Positions 9,747 to 18,273 of a stretch of DNA of 18,738 bases are shown here, piece after piece. Below the pieces are notes generated by a model that was not told the origin of the DNA, did not search any database, and was given only the letters and a program-made list of their open reading frames with translations. This DNA comes from a virus (taxonomy: Duplodnaviria > Heunggongvirae > Uroviricota > Caudoviricetes). Within the stretch, counting starts at the first letter, position 1; each line of letters opens with the position of its first letter. Both the position numbers and the translations under genes were made by a program. The DNA lies in the IMG/VR virus record IMGVR_UViG_2671180747_000001. One strand, 5' to 3'.

Positions 9747-10276
9747 CGTTTTATCGCAATCCTCAGTTGTTGTTTCAGCGCGTATGCCAGTTCTTTAGGC
9801 AGGCGTTCACGCCGGATACGGTCAACATTCTCATCAAATGCCTGTTTCAGTGGGGCCGCCATCGGGATTTTCACCACATCAATGGGGTAACGGTTTTTCC
9901 CGGCCACACGCTGCATGACATGCCAGCGACCATTTTTTAATCGCTGAATAAATGCCCGCTGATACCGATGCTGACCGGCTTTAAGTATGCTGTTCGGGCG
10001 ACGCCCCAGCATCCTGATCCCCAGCTTAATCACAGGGAGATCACCGCGGTTAACGATAATTCTGGCATTCGGATTTCTGACCGTGGCCCGTTTCAGTCTG
10101 GACCGTTCCTTAACCAGTTTCCGGCGAACCTTTGTCTCCCGGGCAACCTGTGATGAAGACTGATTAATCGCCGTTGTGGCCACGCGGTTAATGGCCATTG
10201 CTGAAGCCGCCGGAATGGCGTTTTTACGAACCCGGCTCAGATTGTCAATCGCCTGATCAAGCCCTTTTATCGCCAT
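9743..10276 (-). CDS. Z: Tail completion protein (lambda Z-like)
   Basis: 177-aa ORF. MAIKGLDQAIDNLSRVRKNAIPAASAMAINRVA...RWHVMQRVAGKNRYPIDVVKIPMAAPL... matches lambda gpZ; it appears to lack a basic internal segment present in lambda Z. Confidence 0.88.
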   Translation of the reverse strand: MAIKGLDQAIDNLSRVRKNAIPAASAMAINRVATTAINQSSSQVARETKVRRKLVKERSRLKRATVRNPNARIIVNRGDLPVIKLGIRMLGRRPNSILKAGQHRYQRAFIQRLKNGRWHVMQRVAGKNRYPIDVVKIPMAAPLKQAFDENVDRIRRERLPKELAYALKQQLRIAIKR

Positions 10277-10291
10277 AATTTCACCCTGCGT

Positions 10292-10645
10292 TTATCGTCG
10301 CCGGTTAACAGCGGGTGGTTGCCCACGGTTGAGCCAGAGATAACAGCTTCCCCCGTCATCCGGAGAAACACGATCCACCCAGAACATCTCGCCGTTAATG
10401 GTCAGCGTGTCACCACGCCGCACGGCACGCACCGTATCCGTCCGCACAAATAATGACGGGCTGCTTCCTTCAATACGGACCCCGCCACCGGCAAAACCCA
10501 GCGACTCCGGATCGTCAAAAACCCCCTGAACTTCGCCGCCACGTTGTGCTCCAGAGGTGAACTGCGCACGGATCCCCATCACTTCAACGATCGTACTGTC
10601 CACCCCGGCGAGGGCAGCATCAAAGGCATTCTGAAAATCACGCAT
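10292..10645 (-). CDS. FII: Head-tail connector / head completion protein (lambda FII-like)
   Basis: 117-aa ORF, same length as lambda gpFII. C-terminus ...EGSSPSLFVRTDTVRAVRRGDTLTINGEMFWVDRVSPDDGGSCYLWLNRGQPPAVNRRR is nearly identical to lambda. Confidence 0.92.
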   Translation of the reverse strand: MRDFQNAFDAALAGVDSTIVEVMGIRAQFTSGAQRGGEVQGVFDDPESLGFAGGGVRIEGSSPSLFVRTDTVRAVRRGDTLTINGEMFWVDRVSPDDGGSCYLWLNRGQPPAVNRRR

Positions 10646-11021
10646 ATTCAGCCGTTCCGTGCTGTATCATGGCCGTTGCCAGTGATGATGGCACCAGAAC
10701 ACGCATACCCCGTAACGCCAGCTCAACGGGACGACCTGTCTCCGGGCAATACCCCATTACTTGCAGGCACTTCCGTACCCGGACGGCTTTAACATCATCC
10801 GGAGCATCCGTGTTGTTCAACTGCTCACCATCGTCTGTGTGATTTTGATCAGCCCCGCTCTCATCAGAGTGCATAATGCCCTCCGGGGAAACAGCAAGCT
10901 CCTCTTCCCACTCAGACACACGTTGAGCAATATCCGCAGCACTCCCCGACATATCCGCCTCGCGCCCCAGCAGGCCAGCCAGTTGACGAAGACGATTCAG
11001 ATTTTCTTCTTTTGTTGCCAT
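10638..11021 (-). CDS. FI: DNA-packaging accessory protein (lambda FI-like), diverged
   Basis: Start refined to the ATG at 11021 (MATKEENLNRLRQLAGLLGR...), preceded by GGAGG; the longer track ORF would overlap the E stop and the terminator hairpin. Syntenic with lambda FI and shares the N-terminal pattern and acidic middle, but overall similarity looks low. Confidence 0.6.
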   Translation of the reverse strand: MATKEENLNRLRQLAGLLGREADMSGSAADIAQRVSEWEEELAVSPEGIMHSDESGADQNHTDDGEQLNNTDAPDDVKAVRVRKCLQVMGYCPETGRPVELALRGMRVLVPSSLATAMIQHGTAEYA

Positions 11022-11035
11022 CTCAGCCTCCTGTG

Positions 11036-11064
11036 AAAAAAGACACGGGGGCATTTCGCCCCCG
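11036..11064 (-). terminator. Intrinsic terminator-like hairpin between E and FI, probably a partial attenuator: stem 11046-11052 / 11058-11064, loop 5 nt, then UGUCUUUUUU
   Basis: Minus-strand RNA reads CGGGGGC-GAAAU-GCCCCCG followed by UGUCUUUUUUCACAGGAGG, immediately before the FI start. Confidence 0.4.
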
Positions 11065-11072
11065 CTCACGGA

Positions 11073-12101
11073 TTATTTCACCTGTACCACCACAAACTCA
11101 TCCGGATCCGGCAGCACCATCAGCGGAGCGGACTGCGTCATGGTGAATTCACGGGCCGGATCGCCCACAGTCAGCCAGTGTTTCGGATAACGGGAAGAGG
11201 CCACCACACCTTCGGACAACGCCTGCGCATCCTGAATGGCACCATAGCAACGAATGCCCTCTGCTGCCGTATTCCCCAGGACCAGTGTGCCCTCCGGCAG
11301 ATAACGTTTTTCGGTACCGTCCTCTGCCACATAAGACGTTTTCGCCACCACAATGGCCAGATCGCCGTAATACCCCTTGAAGGACACCACCGCCCCCAGG
11401 TCTTTCACTGCCGTTTCGAGTTGTGAATTTGAGCCGCGACGGGTATCCAGTTTTTCGCGGAACAGCTTAAAGCCATTCAGCAGACGCCAGACCGTACCGT
11501 CCATAATGGCGATATTCACAAGGCCGCTGGCCTGATCGCAGTAGAGGTCAATATCATGCGTCGGATCAAACGTATCACGGTCCTGCTCAGACCATTTTTT
11601 ACCGTCAGCCTGCTCAATGTTATTTCCTTCAGAGCGCCCGAAATCCACCTCGACAGTATCAAACTGATCCCCTTCCATGGTGTATTTGCCATACAGCACG
11701 GCATTCACCGCCTGCATTTCTTCCACCTGGACAATGGCGTGCTCTTCCTGTTTGAGGTTATCGGTAATGATACGCAGACGACGGTAGGCCGGGTCATTCA
11801 GCTGAGCCGGATCTTCACCAGGAAGGCGCTCAACCGCCTGCTGGTAATTAAATTCGTGTTTGGGCTTGACGTAGCCCGGACGTAACACGCGGGTTTCACC
11901 ACCGCGATGGCGAAGCACTTTTCCTTCAACAACCGGGGAGACATAGGCTGCCACCGGCGTTTTTCCGGTAATTTTGTCCAGCATCACCTCTTCGGTGTGG
12001 AAATTCACCGTACGGCGGAAAAACAGCTCCAGAAACAGCGCACGGAATTTCACTTTTTGTTCGGTATAACCGAGTAACTGGCGGGTCGTAAACAATCCCA
12101 T
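11073..12101 (-). CDS. E: Major capsid protein (lambda E-like)
   Basis: 342-aa ORF (lambda gpE is 341 aa). ...KLDTRRGSNSQLETAVKDLG...YPKHWLTVGDPAREFTMTQSAPLMVLPDPDEFVVVQV matches lambda gpE. Confidence 0.95.
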   Translation of the reverse strand: MGLFTTRQLLGYTEQKVKFRALFLELFFRRTVNFHTEEVMLDKITGKTPVAAYVSPVVEGKVLRHRGGETRVLRPGYVKPKHEFNYQQAVERLPGEDPAQLNDPAYRRLRIITDNLKQEEHAIVQVEEMQAVNAVLYGKYTMEGDQFDTVEVDFGRSEGNNIEQADGKKWSEQDRDTFDPTHDIDLYCDQASGLVNIAIMDGTVWRLLNGFKLFREKLDTRRGSNSQLETAVKDLGAVVSFKGYYGDLAIVVAKTSYVAEDGTEKRYLPEGTLVLGNTAAEGIRCYGAIQDAQALSEGVVASSRYPKHWLTVGDPAREFTMTQSAPLMVLPDPDEFVVVQVK

Positions 12102-12129
12102 AAATCAGTTCCTTTCATTCAGAAATCAG

Positions 12130-12151
12130 TCAGGCCACCATGGTGGCCTGA
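12130..12151 (-). promoter_or_regulatory. Perfect 22-bp palindrome (tcaggccaccatggtggcctga) in the D-E intergenic spacer; predicted strong mRNA hairpin
   Basis: Seen directly: the sequence equals its own reverse complement. Lies between the D stop (12159-12161) and the E start (12101). Confidence 0.4.
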
Positions 12152-12158
12152 TAACGTG

Positions 12159-12506
12159 TTACGGCAGAGCCGCGTGACTCAGGGCTGTACCGGCAAAGGC
12201 ATTTGCCTTTTTGTGTTCATCCACACTGTCAGGCCAGCGGATTGCCTCCGTCGCAAAGGTCCCCGACTTGTAATAGGTCAGCACCGTCTCTGTGCCTTCA
12301 AGCGGCAGTACCAGTATGCCAGCCGCACTACCGGCTTTCTGTCCATCCCAGACCACCAGTTTCCCGCTGGCTTCATCCAGCATCAGGGGCGTCAGAGCCG
12401 GTGTTGCCTGAGAAATCCCGCTGCTGCCTGTGGCGGTATGAGCCGGATCATTACCGGCAAAAATACGTACTTCCGCACGTTGTTCAGTGATGGTTTTCGT
12501 CACCAT
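12159..12506 (-). CDS. D: Head decoration protein (lambda D-like)
   Basis: 115-aa ORF. ...NDPAHTATGSSGISQATPALTPLMLDEASGKLVVWDG...YKSGTF...KKANAFAGTA matches lambda gpD. Confidence 0.92.
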   Translation of the reverse strand: MVTKTITEQRAEVRIFAGNDPAHTATGSSGISQATPALTPLMLDEASGKLVVWDGQKAGSAAGILVLPLEGTETVLTYYKSGTFATEAIRWPDSVDEHKKANAFAGTALSHAALP

Positions 12507-12542
12507 TTTGTTAAAACCTCATATTGATGGTCAGCACTGACT

Positions 12543-13145
12543 TCATGGCATGGCCATGAGCATTTTCACGTCCGCATCACCGTCTGCCGACGTCTGTGAC
12601 ACGCCACCCTGCACGGCTGCCGGTGAATGGTTCGCCATGATGCGTTCAAACATGGCGGTTGTGGATGCAGAAACCGGTTCTGCTTTATCCGGCGATGAGG
12701 ACAGAATGTCGCGGGCAGCCTCCACCGTCATTCCGGGAAACGCCGCCAGTTTTTCAGCCTGCGCCTCAGCCCCTTTTGCCTCATCCAGAGCCATAATCTG
12801 ATCACGGAGTGAGGGTCCGGCATCCGCCTGCGGTGAAGCCGCCAGGATCGGGCGGGCTTTTTCCACCGTCATATCCGGCATCGCCGCCAGCGTTGCCGCC
12901 AGTTGTTCACGACCTTTAGCTTCTTCACACGCCATAATGCGATCGGCTTCACTCTGCGTGGATGCCACCGGCTGCTGTGGTGCTGCCGCGGTCAGAATCG
13001 CCCGGGCCTGTTCAACGCTCATGCCCTGTTGTCCTGCCAGCATCGTGGCAAGGTGTTCACGTCCTTTCGCTTCCTGACACGCCAGGATCCCCATCACTCG
13101 CTGGTTCTCCTGCGCGGCAGCTTCCGTTGCAGTTAATTGCGGCAT
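12543..13145 (-). CDS. Putative nested scaffolding protein (Nu3-like), from an in-frame internal start within C
   Basis: Internal ATG at 13145 (codon 302 of C, MPQLTATEAAAQ...) preceded by AGGAGG (plus-strand 'cctcct' region 13150-13156). In lambda, Nu3 is made the same way from the 3' third of C. About 200 aa here because of the repeat expansion. Confidence 0.45.
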   Translation of the reverse strand: MPQLTATEAAAQENQRVMGILACQEAKGREHLATMLAGQQGMSVEQARAILTAAAPQQPVASTQSEADRIMACEEAKGREQLAATLAAMPDMTVEKARPILAASPQADAGPSLRDQIMALDEAKGAEAQAEKLAAFPGMTVEAARDILSSSPDKAEPVSASTTAMFERIMANHSPAAVQGGVSQTSADGDADVKMLMAMP

Positions 13146-14048
13146 AGTGCCTCCTGTATCATGTGTGTTCAGCGCCGCAGCCATCACGCTGATGGCATCC
13201 GACGCATTGATTAATTCATCCGCCAGCCCGGCCTCAATGCCGGACTGACCTTCAAAAACGGCGGCCTCTGTTCCCGTGACTGCATCAACAGACAGACCGG
13301 TATACATCGCCACTTTTTCGGCAAACATCCGGCGCGCCGCATCAATCCGCTGCTGCATGTCCTGGCGAACCTCTTCCGGCAACGCTTCAAACTGATTGCC
13401 ATCCACCTTGTGCGCCCCTGAGTAAATCAGCGTGATATCCACACCGGCCTGCGCCAGATGACCGGCATAGCTGACATGGCTCATCATCACGCCAATGGAG
13501 CCGATACGGGATGTCTGGGTAACCAGCCGTCGGGAGCAGGCCGACGCCAGCAGCATGGCTGCAGAACAGGCCGTGTCATTGCACAGTGCCCAGACCGGCT
13601 TCTGCTGACGGAGGCGGTAAATCATGTCAGCACAGTCAAACGCACCGGCGGCCTGCCCGCCCGGACTGTCAATGTCCAGCAGTACACCCCGCACCTGGCT
13701 ATCCGCCATTGCCTGCTGAAGACAGGCGACAATGCCGTCATAGCCTGTCATTCCGGAAAATGGCCGCATACCCCCCAGCCGGTGCACCAGCGTGCCTGTG
13801 ACCGGCAGTACAGCAATACCGTTCACCACCCGGTAAACACGGGCCGGTCGTTTACCTCCGGCCATGTACTCGTCCGTTTCAGCCAGCATTCCGGGTGCAT
13901 CAAGCTGTACCTGCTGTTGTGGTACCGAAAGACTTGCTGCCCCCATCTCGCGCCCGAGCGCGCAAAAGAAAACCCGCGCATAGGCGGGCTCCAGAAGCAG
14001 CGGTTCATTGAATGCTGCTGCAATAATGTGTGAAAGATTACGTCTCAC
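12543..14048 (-). CDS. C: Head maturation protease / scaffold (lambda C-like, ClpP/S49-type) with an expanded C-terminal repeat region
   Basis: 501-aa ORF (lambda gpC is 439 aa). The N-terminal two-thirds (MRRNLSHIIAAAFNEPLLLEPAYARVFFCALG...SIGVMMSHVSYAG...ITLIYSGAHKVDGN...) matches lambda gpC. The C-terminal third carries three tandem ~47-aa repeats. Confidence 0.9.
   Translation of the reverse strand: MRRNLSHIIAAAFNEPLLLEPAYARVFFCALGREMGAASLSVPQQQVQLDAPGMLAETDEYMAGGKRPARVYRVVNGIAVLPVTGTLVHRLGGMRPFSGMTGYDGIVACLQQAMADSQVRGVLLDIDSPGGQAAGAFDCADMIYRLRQQKPVWALCNDTACSAAMLLASACSRRLVTQTSRIGSIGVMMSHVSYAGHLAQAGVDITLIYSGAHKVDGNQFEALPEEVRQDMQQRIDAARRMFAEKVAMYTGLSVDAVTGTEAAVFEGQSGIEAGLADELINASDAISVMAAALNTHDTGGTMPQLTATEAAAQENQRVMGILACQEAKGREHLATMLAGQQGMSVEQARAILTAAAPQQPVASTQSEADRIMACEEAKGREQLAATLAAMPDMTVEKARPILAASPQADAGPSLRDQIMALDEAKGAEAQAEKLAAFPGMTVEAARDILSSSPDKAEPVSASTTAMFERIMANHSPAAVQGGVSQTSADGDADVKMLMAMP
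12690..13088 (-). repeat. Three in-frame tandem repeats of ~141 nt (~47 aa; ILACQEAKGRE... / IMACEEAKGRE... / IMALDEAKGAE...) in the C/Nu3 scaffold region, plus a degenerate fourth fragment
   Basis: Units at codons 321-370, 371-417 and 418-453 of C, visible in both protein and nucleotide sequence; the units have diverged. As I recall it, lambda has a single copy of this motif. Confidence 0.6.
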
Positions 14049-15630
14049 GTGGTGTTGTCTCCTCTTCCGGCCTGCGACTCTCCGCTATCTGCTGCTGATA
14101 CGCCTGCGCTATCCACACCGGACGTGAGAGTCCGGCTTTTTCCCGCTCTGCAGATTCCCTGACCTGCTGGCGGAAAATGTCCTGATAATCCTCGCCCATC
14201 AGCGCCAGCTCTTTCTCATACGTGCTCAGTCCGGAATCAATACGCATCACCGATTCCTGAACCTCCTTGAGCCCGTCAATGGCCATTCTTCCGGCACCAA
14301 TCCACTCAGCCCGTGACCAGGCTGAACGCGCCTGATAAAAATCAAAACGTGCCCGTGGCGGACGAATAATCCCCCGAAGAAGTGCCTCTTCCAGCCAGCA
14401 GGAAAACATCTGCGTGGCCAGCCGGGCCGCAATAAATTTTCGCCGCCCCATAAAATAGCGCCACGACTCATTGGCGGAGGCGCGGGCACTTGAGTAACTG
14501 ACCTTCGAGTAATCACGGGACAACTGTTCGTAGGAAACGCCAAGACCGGCAGCGATATACCGCAGCAGCGCCTGTTCAAGCGCCGAAAATCCATTGTCTG
14601 AATCCTGCGCGGTCTGAAGTTTCAGATCATCACCAGGGAAAAGGTGCGGAATTTTGACACCGCCCAGCGTCACGCTATTCGTGTCATACCAGGTGGAGAA
14701 CTTATCCAGAATATTAATAAGCGGATTATCCTTCTGCCCCTGCGGCGCACCGGCGATATATTCAAAGGCCTTTTCGGTATCAAGTTCACTTTCAATCGTC
14801 GCTGCATACATGGCTTTAACAATGGCCGACTGAAGCTGTGTTGCCTGCAGGGAATCGAGCATCTTCAGCCGTTCCATGACGCTGTAAAACTGGTTGGCCC
14901 CACGGGTCTGCCCGTCCTCCACCGGCTCGAAAATATGCAGCATGGCCGGACGCCCGGTGGGAAGTTCACGCGGGATCCGTTCCCATCGTCCACTCCCGGA
15001 GCGAGGAAAATCATCCTCACAGATATGGTACGCAACGGCACGGCCATATCGATCAACCTCCACCCCGGCCCGCAGAAAACGGTTCCCGATACCGTGTCCT
15101 GGCGTGTCCACCCGTTTCGGACTCACGGCTTTAAAACGCGTACGAAACAGTTGCGTGCTCTCCGTATCCCAGACCGGCTGCACAAAGATTTCGCCGTTAA
15201 ACGCATGAACGCCCACACCTTCACGGATAAATTCCGTAAACGTGCGTTTCCCTTCCACGTCGATCTCACCAAACATCCCTTCTGCGTATTCTGACCAGGC
15301 CGCCTCCACCTCATCGACAAAACTTTTTGCCGCGGTCTCCCGCATCCCCAGCCAGCGCCAGTTCGGACGGTAGCTAATCAGAAACATATGCCCGACAATG
15401 TGATCCTTATGCAGGGCCACCGCATTGGCCGCTATTCCGTTATTGCGCACCAGATCATCTGCACGGGCATTCCCCAGACGCAACGCGGGCAGCAGGGCCG
15501 CATCGGCACTCTGCGAGGGTGGCAACCACTCTGCCATTTGCCCGCCAAATCCTGCACCGCCCCCGTTGTAGCTGAGGCTCTCCCGAAGCGGAACGCCGTT
15601 CACATCAATCAGGACAGGCTTTCGTTTCAT
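14038..15630 (-). CDS. B: Portal protein (lambda B-like)
   Basis: 530-aa ORF (lambda gpB is 533 aa). ...FEPVEDGQTRGANQFYSVMERLKMLDSLQATQLQSAIVKAMYAATIESELDT...YEQLSRDYSKVSYSSARASANESW... matches lambda gpB. Confidence 0.95.
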   Translation of the reverse strand: MKRKPVLIDVNGVPLRESLSYNGGGAGFGGQMAEWLPPSQSADAALLPALRLGNARADDLVRNNGIAANAVALHKDHIVGHMFLISYRPNWRWLGMRETAAKSFVDEVEAAWSEYAEGMFGEIDVEGKRTFTEFIREGVGVHAFNGEIFVQPVWDTESTQLFRTRFKAVSPKRVDTPGHGIGNRFLRAGVEVDRYGRAVAYHICEDDFPRSGSGRWERIPRELPTGRPAMLHIFEPVEDGQTRGANQFYSVMERLKMLDSLQATQLQSAIVKAMYAATIESELDTEKAFEYIAGAPQGQKDNPLINILDKFSTWYDTNSVTLGGVKIPHLFPGDDLKLQTAQDSDNGFSALEQALLRYIAAGLGVSYEQLSRDYSKVSYSSARASANESWRYFMGRRKFIAARLATQMFSCWLEEALLRGIIRPPRARFDFYQARSAWSRAEWIGAGRMAIDGLKEVQESVMRIDSGLSTYEKELALMGEDYQDIFRQQVRESAEREKAGLSRPVWIAQAYQQQIAESRRPEEETTPRET

Positions 15631-15833
15631 AACCTCACTCCCAGCGGACGACGGCGACGGCGGGTTGTCCCCAGTACCAACTCAGCATCATTGATCGCCC
15701 GGTTAAGCTCATCCAGAGAGGCCGCCGTATATTCAATTCTGCGACCATCTTTCTGGACAGACACCACCCGTTTACCGGTTAATAAATCAAGGCGCGCCTG
15801 ACGCAGCGCCTGCAGTTCAGCGACTGTAACCAT
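15627..15833 (-). CDS. W: Head-tail joining protein (lambda W-like)
   Basis: 68-aa ORF, same length as lambda gpW. ...LLTGKRVVSVQKDGRRIEYTAASLDEL...RRRRRP resembles lambda ([24 protein letters not shown]...). Start overlaps the end of A; stop overlaps the B start. Confidence 0.85.
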   Translation of the reverse strand: MVTVAELQALRQARLDLLTGKRVVSVQKDGRRIEYTAASLDELNRAINDAELVLGTTRRRRRPLGVRL

Positions 15834-17745
15834 TCACTCCTCCGGACAGCTTCGCTGCCAGTTCTTTAAGGGTTGGCCGGGTCGTCTCTTCTTCCCGGGA
15901 TTTTGCCAGTACAGCCAGATCAAGTTGCCAGCGTTGCACGGACACACGTAATGCCGCGTAGGCATACACCAGGCAGTCCAGCGCTTCGTTACGCCGCTTT
16001 TTGTTATCCCACAGCAGACGCATCTTTCCTTTTTCCCACTTCTCCACAAGCTCTTCCGCCACCAGTTGCTGCGCCTCTGTCTGCGAAAAAATCTCCGGAT
16101 CATCAGGAAAACGGATGGCATACGACGTGGCTTCATCCGCAGGCGTGGGATCGGCTTTCATACGGGCATAGAGAATTTCTTTTGCGGTGTCCGTCCCCAC
16201 TTCGCACAGATACACGCCCCGCTAATTGCGGGTTTTTGGCATGGTGATCACCGGCTTGCCATAAACAGATGCACCTTTTACCGGCAGCACCCGGAAAACA
16301 CCGTGTTTTTTTGACCTCTGATAGACAATTTCGCCATCGATCCCCCCGGTGTCCCAGCAGACACGGGAAATGGTCATTTCGGTTCCGTCTGCATGGCGGT
16401 ATTTTTTGTTGATCGCCACATCCACACGTAACAGCGTCTCTTCCTCATCGGGACGCCCCATAATGATGATTTTATCCACCAGAAAGGCTTCCTCTCCCGG
16501 AGCCCATCCCCAGACATACATCTCAAAACGGTTTCGCTGCGAGTCAATGCCCGCCGTCAGATAAACCACCCGGGAAGGCACCGCAGCCGTGTAACGCACA
16601 ACCTTATCCATCAGCACCTGGTGATCGAGTTTTTCGCCCACGGCCTCTTCCCAGGTCTCGCCCAGCGTGGTGTTCACAAAGGTTTTCAGGCCGTTGGGAT
16701 CTTTCAGTGCATCCAGCCAGTCATAGACAATCTGTACCCAGGTGGTGAACGGACTGTACGCCGTCCAGATATGGAATGTGATGGAGCGCGGCGGCGGAAT
16801 TTCATTATCCGCGGCGCTGAAAAACGTCAGACCGTCGCGGGTCCACATCCCCGTGTTTTCACAGATCCACCGCCCGTTGCTCTGGTCCAGTTCAGACTGA
16901 TGGATCACGCAGCCATGATGTTCACAGAGGTAGAAAACACTTTCGGGACTGTCCTTCTCCCATTTAAGGCCAAAAGGCGTGGACTCATCGCCAAATTTCA
17001 GATACTGCTCCTCCCCGCAGTGCGGGCAGGGCACATAAAAACGCATGAAATGTGCCGACTCGTTGGCCGCTTTTTCGATCTGGCAGGAGCCTTTTATTTT
17101 AGGCGTCGAGCCGCGAATGGATTTTGGCCATACCGAGCCCTCAATACGCTTATCCCCCAGCAGGGTTGGCGAGCCCTCTTTTTCGACATCCGGCTCGAAC
17201 GAGGAAAGTTCGTCATAGCAGACCACGTCCACGGATTTTTCACGGTAGTTTTTGGCGGCAGCGCCGCCCAGGCACCAGAAGCCCACACCCGATGAAAAGC
17301 GTTTCAGCGTGATGGTATTATCACGATGTTTACGTCCCAGCCAGGGAGAAAGTTTTTTCAGGCAGGGAACATCGCGAATCGTCGCCTCCACGTGAGACTT
17401 CATAAAATCTTCAGCGGCAGAATCCGTGGGCTGAAAAAGCAGACTGTTTCGGGATTTATGCTCAATAAAATACCCGGCGACTCCCAGCAACATCTTTGTA
17501 TAGCCAACACGGGCAGATTTAATCAGATTAACAGTCCGGATCTGATCATTCCCCATGCTGTTCATGATGGCGATCTGGAACGGCAGCGTTTTCCATTCTC
17601 CCTCACCATATGAAGATTCTTTAGGCAGATAATAATTTTGATCAGCCCATTCAACTGGCGTCACCGGCAATGCCCTTATCAGGGGCTGTAATGCTGTTGT
17701 GACAGCACTCATCATATTATTCAGTTGTTGCTCTGATATATTCAT
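15817..17745 (-). pseudogene. A: Terminase large subunit (lambda A-like) interrupted by an in-frame amber TAG at 16222-16224; otherwise intact and in frame along its full length
   Basis: Start ATG at 17745 (MNISEQQLNNMMSAVTTAL...; lambda starts MNISNSQ...). Reading the minus strand: ...GKPVITMPKTRN-TAG-RGVYLCEVGTDTAKE..., where lambda as I recall it has ...RNKNGVYLTEIGTDTAKE.... The downstream 132 codons (15817-16215) stay in the same frame and match the lambda gpA C-terminus. Span is 643 codons including both stops (lambda gpA is 641 aa). Confidence 0.85.
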
Positions 17746-18226
17746 CGAGTAAATCCGGTAATTTATCCCCCGCCCGCGCACACTGATTTGCCCCCTTCGC
17801 AATAAGGGTTTTCAGATGGTCAAGATGGCGCGGTGTTAAATCAGGAAACTGTCGCTGCATGGATAAAGGGATGGAATCAAGCGTACTGGATAACGCCATT
17901 GCCAGCTTGCTGAGGGCAAAAATACAGAACCCGGTGTCAATAAGTTTTCCTTTTGACACCTCATTTTTTAACTGCTGTGTAACAGCCTGTTCTGCTGTCA
18001 GTTCCCATCTGGCAATAAGCAATTTCTCCTCATAGTCGTCTTCGCTATCGCCATCAGGCACATCGTTTTTACTTCTTCTCAGATACGATATGTAAAAATC
18101 GCGCCAGGCATCCAGATCCAGTTGCCCTCGCTTATTCGATATCGGGGCACCCGGCAATTTCTGCAATCTGCGAAGCTGGCGATCGGTCAGACTTAAATGC
18201 CTGGCAACTTCAGTCTGCGTAGCCAC
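17717..18226 (-). CDS. nu1: Terminase small subunit (lambda Nu1-like C-terminal half; divergent N-terminal HTH DNA-binding domain)
   Basis: 169-aa ORF with a GTG start at 18224-18226 after GAGGTGAGGA. The C-terminal half (...TGFCIFALSKLAMALSSTLDSIPLSMQRQFPDLTPRHLDHLK...LPDLLDEYI) resembles lambda Nu1. The N-terminus (MATQTEVARHLSLTDRQLRRLQK...) is unlike lambda but HTH-like. Overlaps the A start by 29 nt. Confidence 0.8.
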   Translation of the reverse strand: MATQTEVARHLSLTDRQLRRLQKLPGAPISNKRGQLDLDAWRDFYISYLRRSKNDVPDGDSEDDYEEKLLIARWELTAEQAVTQQLKNEVSKGKLIDTGFCIFALSKLAMALSSTLDSIPLSMQRQFPDLTPRHLDHLKTLIAKGANQCARAGDKLPDLLDEYIRATTE

Positions 18227-18273
18227 TCCTCACCTCGCAAAAACTCTCACCTCACAATCACAACAAAACCGGT

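Noticed and set aside
15834-16136. 100-aa minus-strand ORF nested within the 3' part of the terminase gene
   Set aside because: It is in an alternative frame inside the conserved C-terminal region of A; the A-frame translation there matches the lambda gpA C-terminus.
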